64,000 nucleotides of DNA from Lingula anatina (Eukaryota; Animalia; Brachiopoda), in assembly GCA_051362555.1 (NCBI GenBank), contig CM120649.1, positions 19,916,567 to 19,980,566 on the forward strand. Reading direction: 5' to 3'. This document shows, piece by piece, positions 1 to 14,100 of this stretch; the first letter of the stretch is position 1, and the number at the start of each line of letters is the position of its first letter. Both the position numbers and the translations under genes were made by a program. Under the pieces are notes generated by a model. That model saw only the letters and a list, made by a program, of their open reading frames with translations. It did not search any database and had not been told where the DNA came from.

Positions 1-579
1 ATCAAAAGAGTGTCCCTGTAGCTCGGTTATCTATGTGAACTACAGACTAGGACACAGGTCACTCTATCTAGCCCTGCGGTGTGGTGAAAGCATCTGTTCT
101 TCGTTTAACAAGTCTATATATGTTTGTGAATCTTACTTTACTTATCTGTGGTGATATTCGCAAGAAATAATATTTAAACTATAACTGTTTGAATGATAGA
201 TACTGTAGGAGAAAATAAGTGGTACATTGTTCAATAATTTGGATGTATAAAACTTGAAACTATCGTGCCTCTGTAATACATGTACTTTGATACAAAATTG
301 GAGCAAATATTTTAGGTATCGTTGGTGTTGCCTTAATATAATATAATATAATATAATATAATATAATATAATATAATATAATACGGGAAAACCAGATGGC
401 TGTGATAATTCCACTAGTACATTACAACAAAATACCCTGTTTTTTCAAGAAAAAAAAGAGAGCAATGTTTTCATTCCGCCATAGTTCAGCATGGGAGACA
501 GCAGAATATATAGTTTTCACATCTCTTATTGGCTTTTCACATATGACTTAGATTTGGTCTTCTCTTGTGATTTTTTTTC

Positions 580-620
<41 letters not shown>

Positions 621-3600
621 TTCCCCGTATTTACTAAGTTTTGAGAAATATTTCACGTTTAATTTTGAATTTTCTTGACAAGGACCCAGTGCGACTAGTG
701 TCACAGCTATGCAAACGCACCAATTGCTGAGTTTTTTTTCAGGGACCTTAATGGGTCAGATGAGGACACAGGTCTGTAGTCCACGAGGAGGTGTGGACAC
801 GGTCACGTGTTTCCTCCGACATTAAGTGGACCAAGAAGTTATGAAGAGAAGGCCTTCTCTTTATAATTTCTTGAGTGGACACAGCAAACGCGCTGGTTGC
901 ACAATAATCAGGATTTATTCGAACCTTAAAGCCGTATATATATAGGCCCTATTTTTTTTTTCGCAGGGATTTGTGCTTTTATTCATTCCCTCGACTCATT
1001 TATTGATTTAAAGCCTGAGCGTATTATTCGTTTCGGATATGGGTTCATAGAAGTTGTGCATTCATTTGCAAGTGCTACATGTAATAGTACATGTAATATG
1101 TACGTTTTTATCGTTAGAAATCAACACATTATCTTATTACAAACATACGGGAAGGACACACTACATAACTAGGTATTAATGTTATGCTCAATGACCTAGA
1201 AACAAGACCCGTGCGTTCTTGTCCTCGCATTCCCCGGGGGTCAGTTTTACAGAACTTACTCGGACGCTGGTCTTCACTTTAAGACCCAACTGCTTGATTT
1301 CCTTCATTCCACTGTGCTACAGAAGATTATCTGTGCCAAACATGGAGTAGTTCAGTTTACGTAAGATATCAGTTCACGCGGAACAACACAGGTTCATCTG
1401 GGATTACACACCTATTCCGTGATTATTCCTTAGTGTGTTTTTTTTAACTTTATGGCGTTTGTGTTTGTCAGTGTGGTTTAAATTTTCTATTGATCTTAAC
1501 AACGCGTTCTTTTCCCACCCACCCACATAACCCACATAACCCACAGCGACATCACCATTTGAAGTAATATGTCACGGCAATAACCACTGTCTGTAAACAC
1601 AATCAAGTCACATTTTTTTCGAGAAGTATCGCTTTAACTTCTGCCTACAAACACTGTGGCTCATAAGGTTTGGGGGAGGGGGTCGAGGAAACACTAACTT
1701 CACTTCGTGAATATAAACCTGTAGACGAGGGCATCTTCAAATTAGTACGTGGGAAGATGACTTGATGTGATCTCGTTTTGCTGGCTCTAGTTTTCTTAGG
1801 TTGGGTGGTAGAAGAAAAACGGGACACCCCATGGGGGGGGGGTGTACGTGCCTTCTGTCTCTCCCTTCCCCCTGCCTCCCCCCCCCCCTCCTCGTGGCTT
1901 CACCCCGGCACATCTGCCACCGGCTAGGGGCTTGGCAGCATTCGTCCGTGAAGGGGTTCATCATTCTGATGATTAAAATATGTCCCCAGAATGATTTTAT
2001 TCTATTGTATATTGAGTCTGTTTGTAATGTTTGCTGAATTAATTGCTTAATTTGCGTATTTAGGTATGGGAATGGGGCCTTACACGTTAAATGGTGCTCC
2101 CGCACGTGGCCCACGTGCTCGACAAAAACAAAACGCTGAGCTACATGTATATAAATGTAAAGAATAGGTCTCCACTTAATTATTTCATTTCCGTCGACCC
2201 CCCATCCTGAATCCTCCAGCGTGAGTGCTTACTTACTGTACGCGTGCAAGATGAGACGACTGTATGATGAATAAATGATAAGAAATAACTTACATGTAAA
2301 CAGAGTGTGCTCTTGATCCAGAAATGCTTAATTCAAATCAATACCTTTAATGTTGTCATTTTGTATTTCGGTTTTAATGGATTATGTGCAAAACAAGAAC
2401 GGCATATTGCAATTGTGTATGTTCATTTATAATGGCTCAAACTGTAACCCGAACAGCTCCAGCATGCATCAAGCGTGGTAGACAAACGACAGATACATTA
2501 ATACGATACTGTAATAGCTAGAAGAGCTTGAGTAGAGAGAAGTTTACAGCGCGCTCTCAGGGTAAGCTTTTCTTCCTCAATGTTCTTGTCGCTGTTGCTG
2601 TTGTTATAATTATTTCATTAGTCTGCTAATTGAGGCTAGAGACGCAGCTCGCAACTGTGAACAAAATTGAAATAATCCATAGGCAGACAGCATTATTTTT
2701 GATTGAATTATAAATTCTTTATTACCGTCAATCTATTTACGACTGAGAGCCCAGCCAGTAGCACTCAAATATTACAGTTTTGTTATCAGACTATGAGACA
2801 AAGCGGCAAACCTGGACATTTACTGAGGCAGCGTCAAAGACAAGGAAGGTAAGGCACTACACGTTAATTGCGATCGAACAAATGAAAAATTTCGAATGGT
2901 AAATAACTGTAAGATCGGATCCAATCAGCCACGTGTAAAAATAAATATTTTCGGCCCTAAACAGCGCCTACGAGAACACTCAGTCTTTTACGTGCTTAAA
3001 AAAGGTAGCAAATAAACATTTGTATAAACCCCTCCATATAAATATATAAATTGATAAATAAACAGTCGTTTTTCAATAAGATAGGCGACAAAGCTGTTTG
3101 ATTTGAGGAGGACGTTTTTAAACCTTGCCTTTACCGCGTGCCAAGTGATCCGTAGATAAGGAAGAACAGAACTTCCTAGAAGGTTGCGAAGTGCTGAGGT
3201 ATTACGCGGGTACAATCGGCACACCTCCTTGCGTTGGTTTATTCACGTCATTTCAGCACTTAAAGGTGCTCAATCGACACAGGACAGAAACGACAGTAGG
3301 GGAGAGCATGAACAAATCATAGTGAATGTGTGAATGCCATTTTATTTTGCATCAATGTTTCTGGTTTCCAATTATTGACTTCGTGTCGTTCTGGCGGGGT
3401 ATTTTGCACTTGCAAAAAAATTCGTTTACACAACTTGCATGCTTCGATCATTTTGTAAAACATGAATGAAAATGACATTGGATGTGGGTGTGGTATGTGA
3501 AAAATGGACATATTCACATGTTATAGATTCTAGACAGTGGACATGAATTCGTATAGAAAGACGGTATAATTAACTGGGTCTGCCGCTAGGAGTGGTGTAT

Positions 3601-4754
3601 TGCGCAAGACAAGCCTATGCCGCACCCTGATCTGTCCCGAGCTATGAGGGCACGTGTCAGTGTGTCAATAAAAACAGGTGCCACCAAGATTTATTTGTTC
3701 ATGTAAAAGGTAAAAGGAAAAAAAGCAGAAAGCAAATATGCGGGGCAAACAACGTGAAGTGTGCCTTGGGATAATGTGTACTGGGCACGTGCTGGGGAGT
3801 TGGTGGGGGGGGGGGGGGGGGGGGAGAGGAGGGGGGCGTCAGCCTATTTGTCAAGCAGATTATATATCTTAAACCACCTCTGTAGTTAGATGGCTGTTAG
3901 TTCTGGCTGAGCGTCTAGTTCTGCTTGGAAGGGGGAATAACAACTGGTACAGGTTGTAACAAGATTAGAGTAAGATTATACGTATTTACATAGGCAATGA
4001 CCACAAGATTACAGAAAGGCTATCTATATTGATTTAGGCAATGATCAGACAGAGGTTTACTATCTTGATAAATCCACAGAATGATATATAGGCCTATCTT
4101 GATATATATATATACACTAAGCAAATCAAGCAGAAAGCGCCCCAAGACGTCTTGTCTTACATAACTTAAATTAAAGGGCAACACCATAGGGTTTTCCCGC
4201 AAAATGGCTTTTCCCGTTAAAATAAGTAAATATCCGCGTCCTCACGATTCATTCACCTATCCTTCTCTGCACTTGGATTCGACTCTTAATTGAATTTATG
4301 AAAATTAATTTAATTTAAAATGATTAGCCAGTCATAAAAGCCAGCAACCATCATCCTACATGCTCCCATATAAATATCAACATCAGGGGCACCCCAAAAA
4401 TAATTGAAGGGGTTAAATCGTTTTTAAGTTGTATGTTATGTTATATAAGAAGCATTTGGGGGATTTACAAACACACAGTGTACCTTAAAATTATTGACAA
4501 TTATCTTCTATATTGATTTATCCATTTCTTATTTCTTTAAATCTTATGTAAACAAACAGTAGCATGAGAAGCAGACATACCATGTTAACGTGTAACATTA
4601 TATGCTGAATAAATGATTTCCATGATTAAATCTGGCGATCTCAAACGGAATAGAGGAAGTACTGCATGTATTGTTCTCGGAAAGCAAGCGCAAAATCGTT
4701 AATAGCATTCGTTGATGAATAAAACATGTAGCAAAATGTGTTTTTCTCTGAGAT

Positions 4755-4995
4755 CCCTTTCCCATACTTAGATCGATCTAGCGGGATCAACCCATCTCGT
4801 AGGGGTTTCTCACTAAATTGCATTTAGCTTAAGCGGCTCTGATGTACTACTGAAGCTGTTAGGGGGTAATTCACTATTGTTTAGCAGATTCAGTAGGCGT
4901 GCCAGACATCTAAGCCACTAAATCTGAGTGCAATATAGCAAGAAACCCATCGCATATGGGTCGATCCTGCTCGATCTATCTAGGTATGGTGAACG
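4755..4995. mobile_element. Diverged copy of ~215-bp PIF/Harbinger-like MITE family
   Basis: Inverted ends containing TAGATCGATCTA; internal similarity to the copies at 40590 and 50589. Confidence 0.6.
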
Positions 4996-5873
4996 ACGTC
5001 TTAGTGGTAAATTAAAGCGCTCCAGCTAGTCCTTGAAGAGACACGGGTTCTAGTGCCTTTTAAGACCCAATAGACTACCACAATTATCAAATTACACAAA
5101 ATCCTACGTGATGGTGAACACTAACGCGTTCATTTGGCGAGTACGTGAAGGAAATCCACATTTTGAAAGGCTAAAAAGAATACAATTCACTATGCAGTGC
5201 GTTTCTTTGTCCTCAGCAAACTTGACGTCCAGTGAAACCTGAAGCGGTAAAAGACGTTTTCTAAACCAGAACTTATAAGGAAGCTTGGCCATTTCTTGAC
5301 GGTTCATTGGCTTAACGAAAACAAACACACCTGTATGCAAATGAGTGTACAGAATAAGAATAAGGTTGACGAAATTCACTAACAAACCCGGCCATTGTTG
5401 CCTTACGTGTATCAGGACGTGAAGTTTTATATACCCTGCGTAGAAGGTAAGTTTTCAGTGTCCCCTGAAACTCGGTGGCTGTTGTTTGAGTGATATTATT
5501 TTAAACACTTTTCTCCCATAAATGTCCTCAATCACCTATTAGGATGCGGCTATAGCCACTCCCCTGAAATGAGTTTTTATGCCAATTCACCTTCTTTTGT
5601 TCGTGACCGTTAACATCTGTCAATACAACGAGGTGTATGTATATATAAGAGCAATGAAGTTAAAGAAAACTCGTCAACAGAACCGATCTGGTCCATCATA
5701 TCAGACCCGAGGCGCGTGTAGTGCGGGAAAAAATCAGGTAAGTCTCGCGGCCACATGTAAGCACGTGTAAGCACGTGTAAGTTGCCCCCCTATGAACACA
5801 TATTGGAGAATGTTTATAAGTCACAATGCCAGGTGATCATGTCAGGACAGAGGTAAGTTAGGTGGCACATAGA

Positions 5874-5904
<31 letters not shown>

Positions 5905-5950
5905 AGTGCAAACAAGAAAAGAACCTACTTCGTGCCATGAGTTGTCATTA

Positions 5951-6148
5951 GCCATTCACAACCAGTTAATCCGCGGACTAACTAGTTCACGGATAAAACA
6001 TGGAGGGCACTTGACAATGGACCCCCTCCTCTCAGCTACGTCCAAGCAGGCACAAAGCAATTGAATTTCTGCACGCTGAAAAGTGGGTCGCGCCATATTT
6101 CATCCGCGGAATAGTTAGTCCGCGGATCAATGGGTTGTGAACACGGCC
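5951..6148. mobile_element. MITE with terminal inverted repeats
   Basis: TTCACAACCAGTTAATCCGCGGACTAACTA ... TAGTTAGTCCGCGGATCAATGGGTTGTGAA, flanked by TTA; related ends at 23218-23700. Confidence 0.65.
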
Positions 6149-6262
6149 TTAGTCCCTGGCAAGTGGGTTTTCAGTTTTTATATTCTACTTTAACAAATTT
6201 CTACCCCTGACATGTGTACTGTCCTAAAAGTTTAATAACCACTTTGAGATATGCATTCATTA

Positions 6263-6810
6263 TGAGCGCATTCTCAACGAATTAAGCCAGGCTTTACAAA
6301 GCCGGTGACCTAAAAATGGCGGACGTACATGAAAGAAAAACCGCCTAATCTTTTAATAGTCTCTCCGCCTCTCACACGCCTCCCCACCTGTCGTCCCTGC
6401 GGGGTACAGTAATTAAATCTCGGCTCCGAACATTAATATTTCCGTGAATATCTCTGGTGATATTATCTCCGTAGATAGTCGATTCATTGCTGCTCTACGG
6501 GCCAAATTATTCCTTTTTCGTCTCTGTTTTCAAAGATAATAGAACAGAAGAGCTTTTTTCCTTCGATCGCCTTCAGCCGCCATGCTTTCTTCACCACGAG
6601 TTTAACTGATGAGCATGCGCACTTAATATTTCTCAGGTAGCTTCCGCATGGCGAACGGAGACGCGATTTAATTACTGTACCCCGCAGGGACGACGTATGG
6701 GGAGGCGGAGAGACTATTGAAAGATTAGGCGGTTTTTCTTTCATGTACGTCCGCCATTTTTAGGTCACCGGCTTTGTAAAGCCTGGCTTAATTCGTTGAG
6801 AATGCGCTCT
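6263..6810. mobile_element. Non-autonomous DNA transposon with ~160-bp TIRs
   Basis: GAGCGCATTCTCAACGAATTAAGCCAGGC... is mirrored near-perfectly at ~6655-6810; TA on both flanks. Confidence 0.85.
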
Positions 6811-7718
6811 TAGACTCGTAATACGATATATAGTTTTATGTTACTTCTCCTATCAATTAAAACCTGCGCGTTTTTTTTTTTTTTTTTTTTGTTCGTATCC
6901 AGCTGTAAAGATGTGTCTGCTAAAATGCGTAGGTTTTAGATATGCACTCATTTAAATTCGTAATACCATATATAGTTTTACAGGTATGTTACTCCTACGC
7001 GTGTGTCTGCTAAAGTGCGTAGGATTTAGGTCGTTATGAATTGTAATTTCATCGGATTGAATCAGTGTTATATCGTATTATATATTAAGCTACTTTTTTG
7101 TGACCTGCTTAATGCAGGGACGGCTCTTAAGAGGGGTTATAAAAGTCGTATGAACTCCGTAACATTCTGTACACTGAAATATCCTGAACTTACATACATG
7201 TCCGTACGGTAATGACAGCCAGGACGATCTGTACCCCAGCAAATACGCTTCCCACAGGACAGAGGACGCTTTGACAAAACAATTGTGTGACAATATTTTT
7301 TTTTGATAATTCAATTTCCTCGCAGAATTTTGTCACTACACAAATTAAAACCTAATTTACGCCAGTAACAGATTTTCCAAACAAACAATCAAATAAACAG
7401 ACAAACAAATAAACAGGTAAACAAGTGAAATAAATAGGAAGATATCAGTATATGAAAGTAGGGGAGAAGTCAATGAATTTTGTTAAATCCCAGAAAAACT
7501 GGCTTGTGTTATTAGATCTATTTTGTTCGTAATACTGGACGTTATGTTTGTACACACATTGGTGTTACATGTAGTTGTGCCCCAGTGATCAGAACGGTTA
7601 TAATATATCTGACCCTGATAGGCTTATCTTTATGACTTTTATTTGCTTTTTAAGAATCGTGAAAGAACTTCTTGGAAGAGAAGGTCACAAACCGCCAGCT
7701 AAACCTGTGAAATCAAAC

Positions 7719-7888
7719 ATGGCTTTAAAATCCACCTTGATCTGCACGGCTCTGTTGGCGTTGGCGAAGTTGGATTTGACGGGGGCTGCGTCGTGCTACC
7801 AATCAGAATTGGTAAGTAAATTATCGCTCTCTCTCCCCTTGCTGTCTAACAACCCTAACCCTTCCCCCTCTCTCTCTTTCTCTCTCCA

Positions 7889-7928
<40 letters not shown>

Positions 7929-8087
7929 AGATGTATTACAGTTGTGAAACGATGAGTAATTGTGTTCGTAAAATATACATCAAGCAATTGTATTGTAGTT
8001 GGGTGGTATATTCGAAGACACTGTTGTTTTATATTTCAGAACATCACTCGACCGTTTTGTACTGCAAACAAAGGTATGTTGCACTAC

Positions 8088-8125
<38 letters not shown>

Positions 8126-11100
8126 GACCTATTGTTGTCGTCGTGTATAATCCGTCCTAATTCACACTGATACTGTATATGTAAATATTGGCGCCTGCAC
8201 TGTGATGTGACCTGCACGTAGTAATAGTCGTGATTAACTCATTCTGAATCGTAGCTCCGCGTTAATTTTTAATCTCAGTTTGAATCAGAAAATACTCATT
8301 CCGTAAAATATGAACTATTTGTCCTCAAGTGCCGTGTTTGTATATCTGATCGATACAAAAGCATGCAGTGTTCACCTCTCTTATAAGGCGTAGTGCGTTT
8401 CATTCAACTATAGTGTGACTTAATTATATGCCACCGAATGGGGGGAACCTTTAGTCATCAATGCTTCACGGATTGTTTATTGATAAGATCGATAACCGGT
8501 AACATAAACCGGAATAACCATTTCTGTTTCTTCCAATTTCGAATGCAGCTTATTCGCACTCAGTGGATTAAAAGGGTCTTTTGTCTGTGATATTCAGATG
8601 TTGATGAAATAATGAATAAGAGAAAGATCAATCTGATTGCAATAAATCTGGTTCCTCTAGCTGTAATATTGTGTAGCAATGGGAAAGCTATGCCGTACAT
8701 ACACCAGGACCGATGTGTCATACATTATTTCATCACAACTGTGAATCATTTTCAAAGTGGTTACATCTATCTAAAACAAACTAACAAAAATGGTAATTCA
8801 GTCATTAGAATTAATGGACTACCAGTATTGTGTATCGCTCATAGGTGGTATCAATACTAAAATCGTACTAGGTACAAATGCAATGTAGTTTAAGGGCTTA
8901 TTCCCAATGTAACCATCGTTCCTGCCAGTATTTCGTGTCCTTTATCGTGCAGCTTCCGTGTGAAGGCAGACGGCAGCGTCCGTGTGAAGGCAGACGGTGA
9001 TCTACCACATATTGTAGTAATATCGTATATGCATCACATATCACAGTTACATCGCGGTATAAAAGCAACTTTACGCAAGCGAACGTCGAACTGGTGGTGC
9101 AATTTTATTAGAATGAAAAGTAACGCTGGGGAAAAATGGACGTATCCGTTGCATGCATGGAACTATAGCATCGGTGCCCGAAGGACAAAATTTGTAATTT
9201 TATACTACTACTACTACTACTGCTACTACAATTACTTCTAATACAAATACTACTACATGTACAACTTTAAGTACTACTACTGCTACAACTACAACTACTT
9301 ATATACTGCTACTACTAGTGGGTATAATGATATTAGTTCGTGTCCCCATTAATTCACCATAAACAAGTCACTTGATTTTTTCCAGTTTCCTGCCAATTTA
9401 TCTGGGATAACCGTGAATACGTGAGCATCCTGAACCCCGGGCCTCCCAGAGATATGGATGCGACGTGGACCGGTACAGACTCTGACGTCAGCATAACCTG
9501 GAAGGTCCCGGATGATGGTGAGTACATATATATGTTTAATACATATGACATACAGTACGCCATGAAAAGTAGCGAATATAGAATATGCAGACTTTATTTT
9601 TGATTAAAGCAAATTTAAAACATGTACAGTAACTCAGGTGTAATTTGTGTGTGTTCTTTTCTTTTTCTTTGAGGAGGTGGCGTTGGTGGTTGGTAACGTA
9701 TAAATGTTTTCAATGTGAATGTTTTAAATATGCAGTTGTATTTACCTTAGATACATGAAATCGATTGCACATACGTAATTGAAACACGTATACTATCATC
9801 AATTATATACCGCTGAGGTCCAAACGTATAGACGTATAGACATGTGAATGTATTGAATTAAACAGACACTCACTTGTGTTTTACATTCAGCTTCAGTTCA
9901 CGGGTTGAATGGGTTCTATGTGGATATAGGCGGGGTGTACTGTGCATACTTCAATCTGACCACAGCCGTCTGGACTAAAGACACAACCAAGGTAAAACTA
10001 ATCAGGATAGCCAGAGCAGCAAATTAACACCAGGTGTTCAGGGGAGGATTATTATTAAGAATGCGGTGATGGCGATGGCGTTTATGATGTTACCAACTTT
10101 ATTGATAGTAATAGTAATTTAAGGAATGCATAGTTGGAGCATGCAAGAAATAAAAATGAGCACTTTGCTCCATACGTGAACACCTTCATCGCAGGTAGCT
10201 TATAGCATTAAAAGGGAAGTTAAAAGGGAGTTAGGGGACCGAAGAGGGGTTTCAAAACCGACCTTTGTCTTAAAATAAGATCTAAAAAAAATCATATGGG
10301 CTTTATAAGACCTGTTATATAAGCAAATCGTCAAAATTTGCTTATTTTTCCAGATTGTCTTTCAACACACAGTGAGAATTACACATGGCATGGCGCCCTT
10401 TGGTAACACAGTGATCATAGATGTATGCAGTCTACCACGTCGTACTACAGAACCGTATAATTGCGAAATGAAACACATGCAACTGACCTCCTCCACGCCC
10501 TCGGGTATGTTTTATATCATAATCTTTGAACTACATGTGCGGGCCATTGTATCATGCTTGCCAGCACTGCATGGCGTTTGTTTTGACTAGACGAAAAAAA
10601 AACCCGCCAGCGAGGCGCATAAAGAATCGGCACCTGGACAGTGTAGTTTAAATTAAATGCTGTTTCAAGATTTATCTTCTGTTTATTTGATTTGAGCCCT
10701 TTAATACAGTAGTTAGTTTATATGATCTTTTGAAAACGCCCTTAATTCGTACTCTCTTAGTCTGTACTCTCTTTATTTTAAACTGTCATATAAATTTATG
10801 TAGCGACCACTACTCCAGCCGACTGGACCACGGAGATTTCCATTCGGACTCTGCAATGCAAGGAACAGGTGCTGGTCAGTTTCCAATTGGCTCCTGAAGA
10901 ATTTAATTTTTTGAAATATACCGTTACACTGTGGAATACCACCAATAGGCCCTTGGAAGAAATGACCGTTTTCACAGTGAGTACCTGTATATGATAACTA
11001 ACCTTGTTTTTTATACAGGTAATTTGCACACCATTTAACCTTATACAGTAGTTAGTTTTTCTGACAGTAAAGCAAACTTCCACGGTCACAAGTGCCCCGT

Positions 11101-14100
11101 GTTTGTATAACCTGTCGAACTAAACCTATCTGACGACTAGATAAGTAAGTAACTGACAAATCTCCTGATCACTAAAACGATCTCAGAATTGATTAATTTT
11201 TATAGGATCAATTAATCGATCAAACAATCAATTTAATATATGATAACCTGATTTTTCATAACAGTAAGGTATTAATTTATTTGTGTATTTTTGAAGCAAT
11301 GGTTCACGTTTTTGTCATACTTTTAATTAATACCATCTGACCTGACTTAAGTGTAACTCCTCCCTGCTACCCTGAAAGCATTACCGAGTTTCAACATTAA
11401 TCAATTAACCAACCAATCAATCAAGTAATGGTATTTCTTTTTCACTGCTAGCCCAACAACAGCACAATGTTCGAGAATGTTGGAGCTGGGGAGTTCACAC
11501 TCGTGGTAAGACAGCACACACTGATAGTATAATGATAAGTTAATTAAGCACTAAATGTATTTGTCGCTGGCCCAGTGCCAATCCAAGCATATTCTAAATC
11601 CACTAATCCCAATATGGCATAATGCATTAATTGTTACAAGCAGCACAACTTCATATATTAACTAATTTACAGGTTAGAAGAAAGGAACGTCTGGTGCTTA
11701 GAAAGGATAAAAAGGCAGCATTTTTAAATGTTTTTCAGAAAAAAATAAACTACAAGAACTTAAAAAGAAAAACTCTGGCACCGTGTTTGGAGTGAATGAA
11801 TGGGAGTTAAAATTGACATTTGACACGTACCTGTGCCAACGTACAATAAGATATCTGTAATCTAAAACCCAATCCATACTCACTGCATATACAACGTTGT
11901 ATACCTCGCTCTCACATTTACTTAAATACTGCTTTAAGTAAGGCAAGGACTTCTTTGTGAATTTTTTTGTTCAACTGCTTTTTTTGTTTTTCCATAGGTT
12001 GAGCCAAAAGATGTTAGCATCCATAAATTGCCCGGCTCATGTGTCTGCAAAACTAAAAATGGAGACTGCAGAAATCTTTGCGCAAGGTCGCATAGAAAAT
12101 TTACTCAGAGAAGTAAGTCCACGCATTCTTGATGATTCAACAGAGTGGAGAAGGAATTACTTCAATCAGTTTGTACTAGTTACAGCTACTCGTCGTCCAT
12201 AGACTACCAGGGTATGCGACGTACAAGAGCGTAATTATATCGAGGCGCAGCCGACAAATAATTTGCTCTTGTATGGGTGCACTCCCAGAGATTTAAATCG
12301 ATCCAGAAATTAAGATTTAGATCGACCTAACTCCCTGGGGGTTCACGCTAAACTGCAGTCAGCTAAGCGCGCACCATAGTTAATTACCCCCTTACAGCTT
12401 TTTGTAGGCGGGACAGACACTAAAGCCGGCTAAGCTGACAGTAATCTAGTAAGACTCCCCACAGGGATAGATCGATCTAAAATCTATGGGAATGGGGTCT
12501 ATGTCGCATATAGTGGACGACGAGTAGTTTTAATTGACTTATACCATGACTGGCGGCTTGAACAACAGGATGAACGCACCGAAGCGTATGAAAATACACC
12601 TGTATGCGAAATACAAGTGCAATTATCCTCTCGTTCGAAGCGCCAATCGTGGTATAAGCCTCATTTCAGGTGGTGGGAAAGTCGGCCACCTCTTCACTTA
12701 AGGCCACACTTTTTTATTTTTATGGATGACATCCTCTGGGGACCCCAAAATCGGTGCGAGCGGGCGAAAAAAAAAAAAACAGTCCAAAAAAAAAAATTGC
12801 TTAAGAAAAGTTATGTTTTCAGTACACAGCTGGAAACACTAATTTACCACAGAAACACGTATCAAACCAACAACATGTCTTTATCCATGCTCTCAAAATA
12901 TTAAAGCATTGTGAATAGGGCCTACTTCGTAGAAAGGTAAAAAGTCATGAATATATATATGCTGCATATTACCAAATCTATTTAAGGTTATTTCATGCAT
13001 TCTGTTGGTATAGCAATCAATAAAACAAATATCAAATAAACAGCGTGTCTTTATTTGTACTCTCAAAAAATTAAAGCATTGTGAACACTTCTCAGAATTG
13101 TTAAAAAATGAAGCAAAGATAGGCCTATGCTTCCTACTACCAAATCTAAAAAAGGTAATTTCGGTCGATGCCATTTTGTCTACTTCGACTCACACGTAGC
13201 AGCCAACTATCGGGTGGCCTGTCCGACCTTCAGTCCACCAAATACCACGACGCTCTTGTCGACCCTTTTTTCGCTACAAAAAAAAACCCTGGTAAGCCTA
13301 TGTGCTGCTTTGGACAGAATGTCACTGAAATTTTCCGGGCGATGATCGCTGGTCGCGGCCAGCCTTTCGTATAATTGTAAAAAGGGGATATCTCCATGTC
13401 CAATATCAATGGCAAACCAATCCAAAACGACGGCCCCGTTCTCTTTATGACTTTAATTGTCGTGTATTTTGAAATTAATGCTAGAGATGAATTTGACGGC
13501 AAAGCGGCCATATTTCCACGTGGTGATAATACTCATGCGCAGAAAGCTCATTTTCCGCACTCGGAACTACTCGGATGTCTCCGCAGTCGACAATGACAGC
13601 ATGGAGCTTGGATTGCCGAGGATTGCCGATTGCATTTTCCGGCAAATTCAATAACGACGTTTGCGACAACCGACTTCCTTGGGGGGGGGGGTGATTTTTT
13701 TTTTTTTTTTTTTTTTGGAGAACGGACGAAAATCGGTGCGCGCGCAGGATGTCATCCATAAAATTAAAAAAGTGTGGCCTAAGTTTCCAAAAGATACTTG
13801 AGGATTAAGTTATGAAAACGGGAGATAACGCCGCACATGTACATGTATGTAGACTCATAAACGCACTGCCCATAGTTAAATTGTAGGCCTAGTATAGTAG
13901 TTTCCAAAATATTATTCTCAAGGTGGGATACAGGCACCCTGAGCTTCAGAGCTAACTTGACACTAACCTCTTCACTGTAGCCTATCTTCATCGTGTCAAG
14001 TAACTTGACACGATGGAGATAGGCTACAGTGAAAAGGTTAGTGTCAAGTTAGCTCTGAAGCTCAGGGTGGATACAGGGCAAGGGGCTGTGTTCTTAGTTC

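Noticed and set aside
7931-7955. Extra IL-17R micro-exon (MYYSCETM)
   Set aside because: It is 25 nt long and would break the phase between exons 7811 and 8040.
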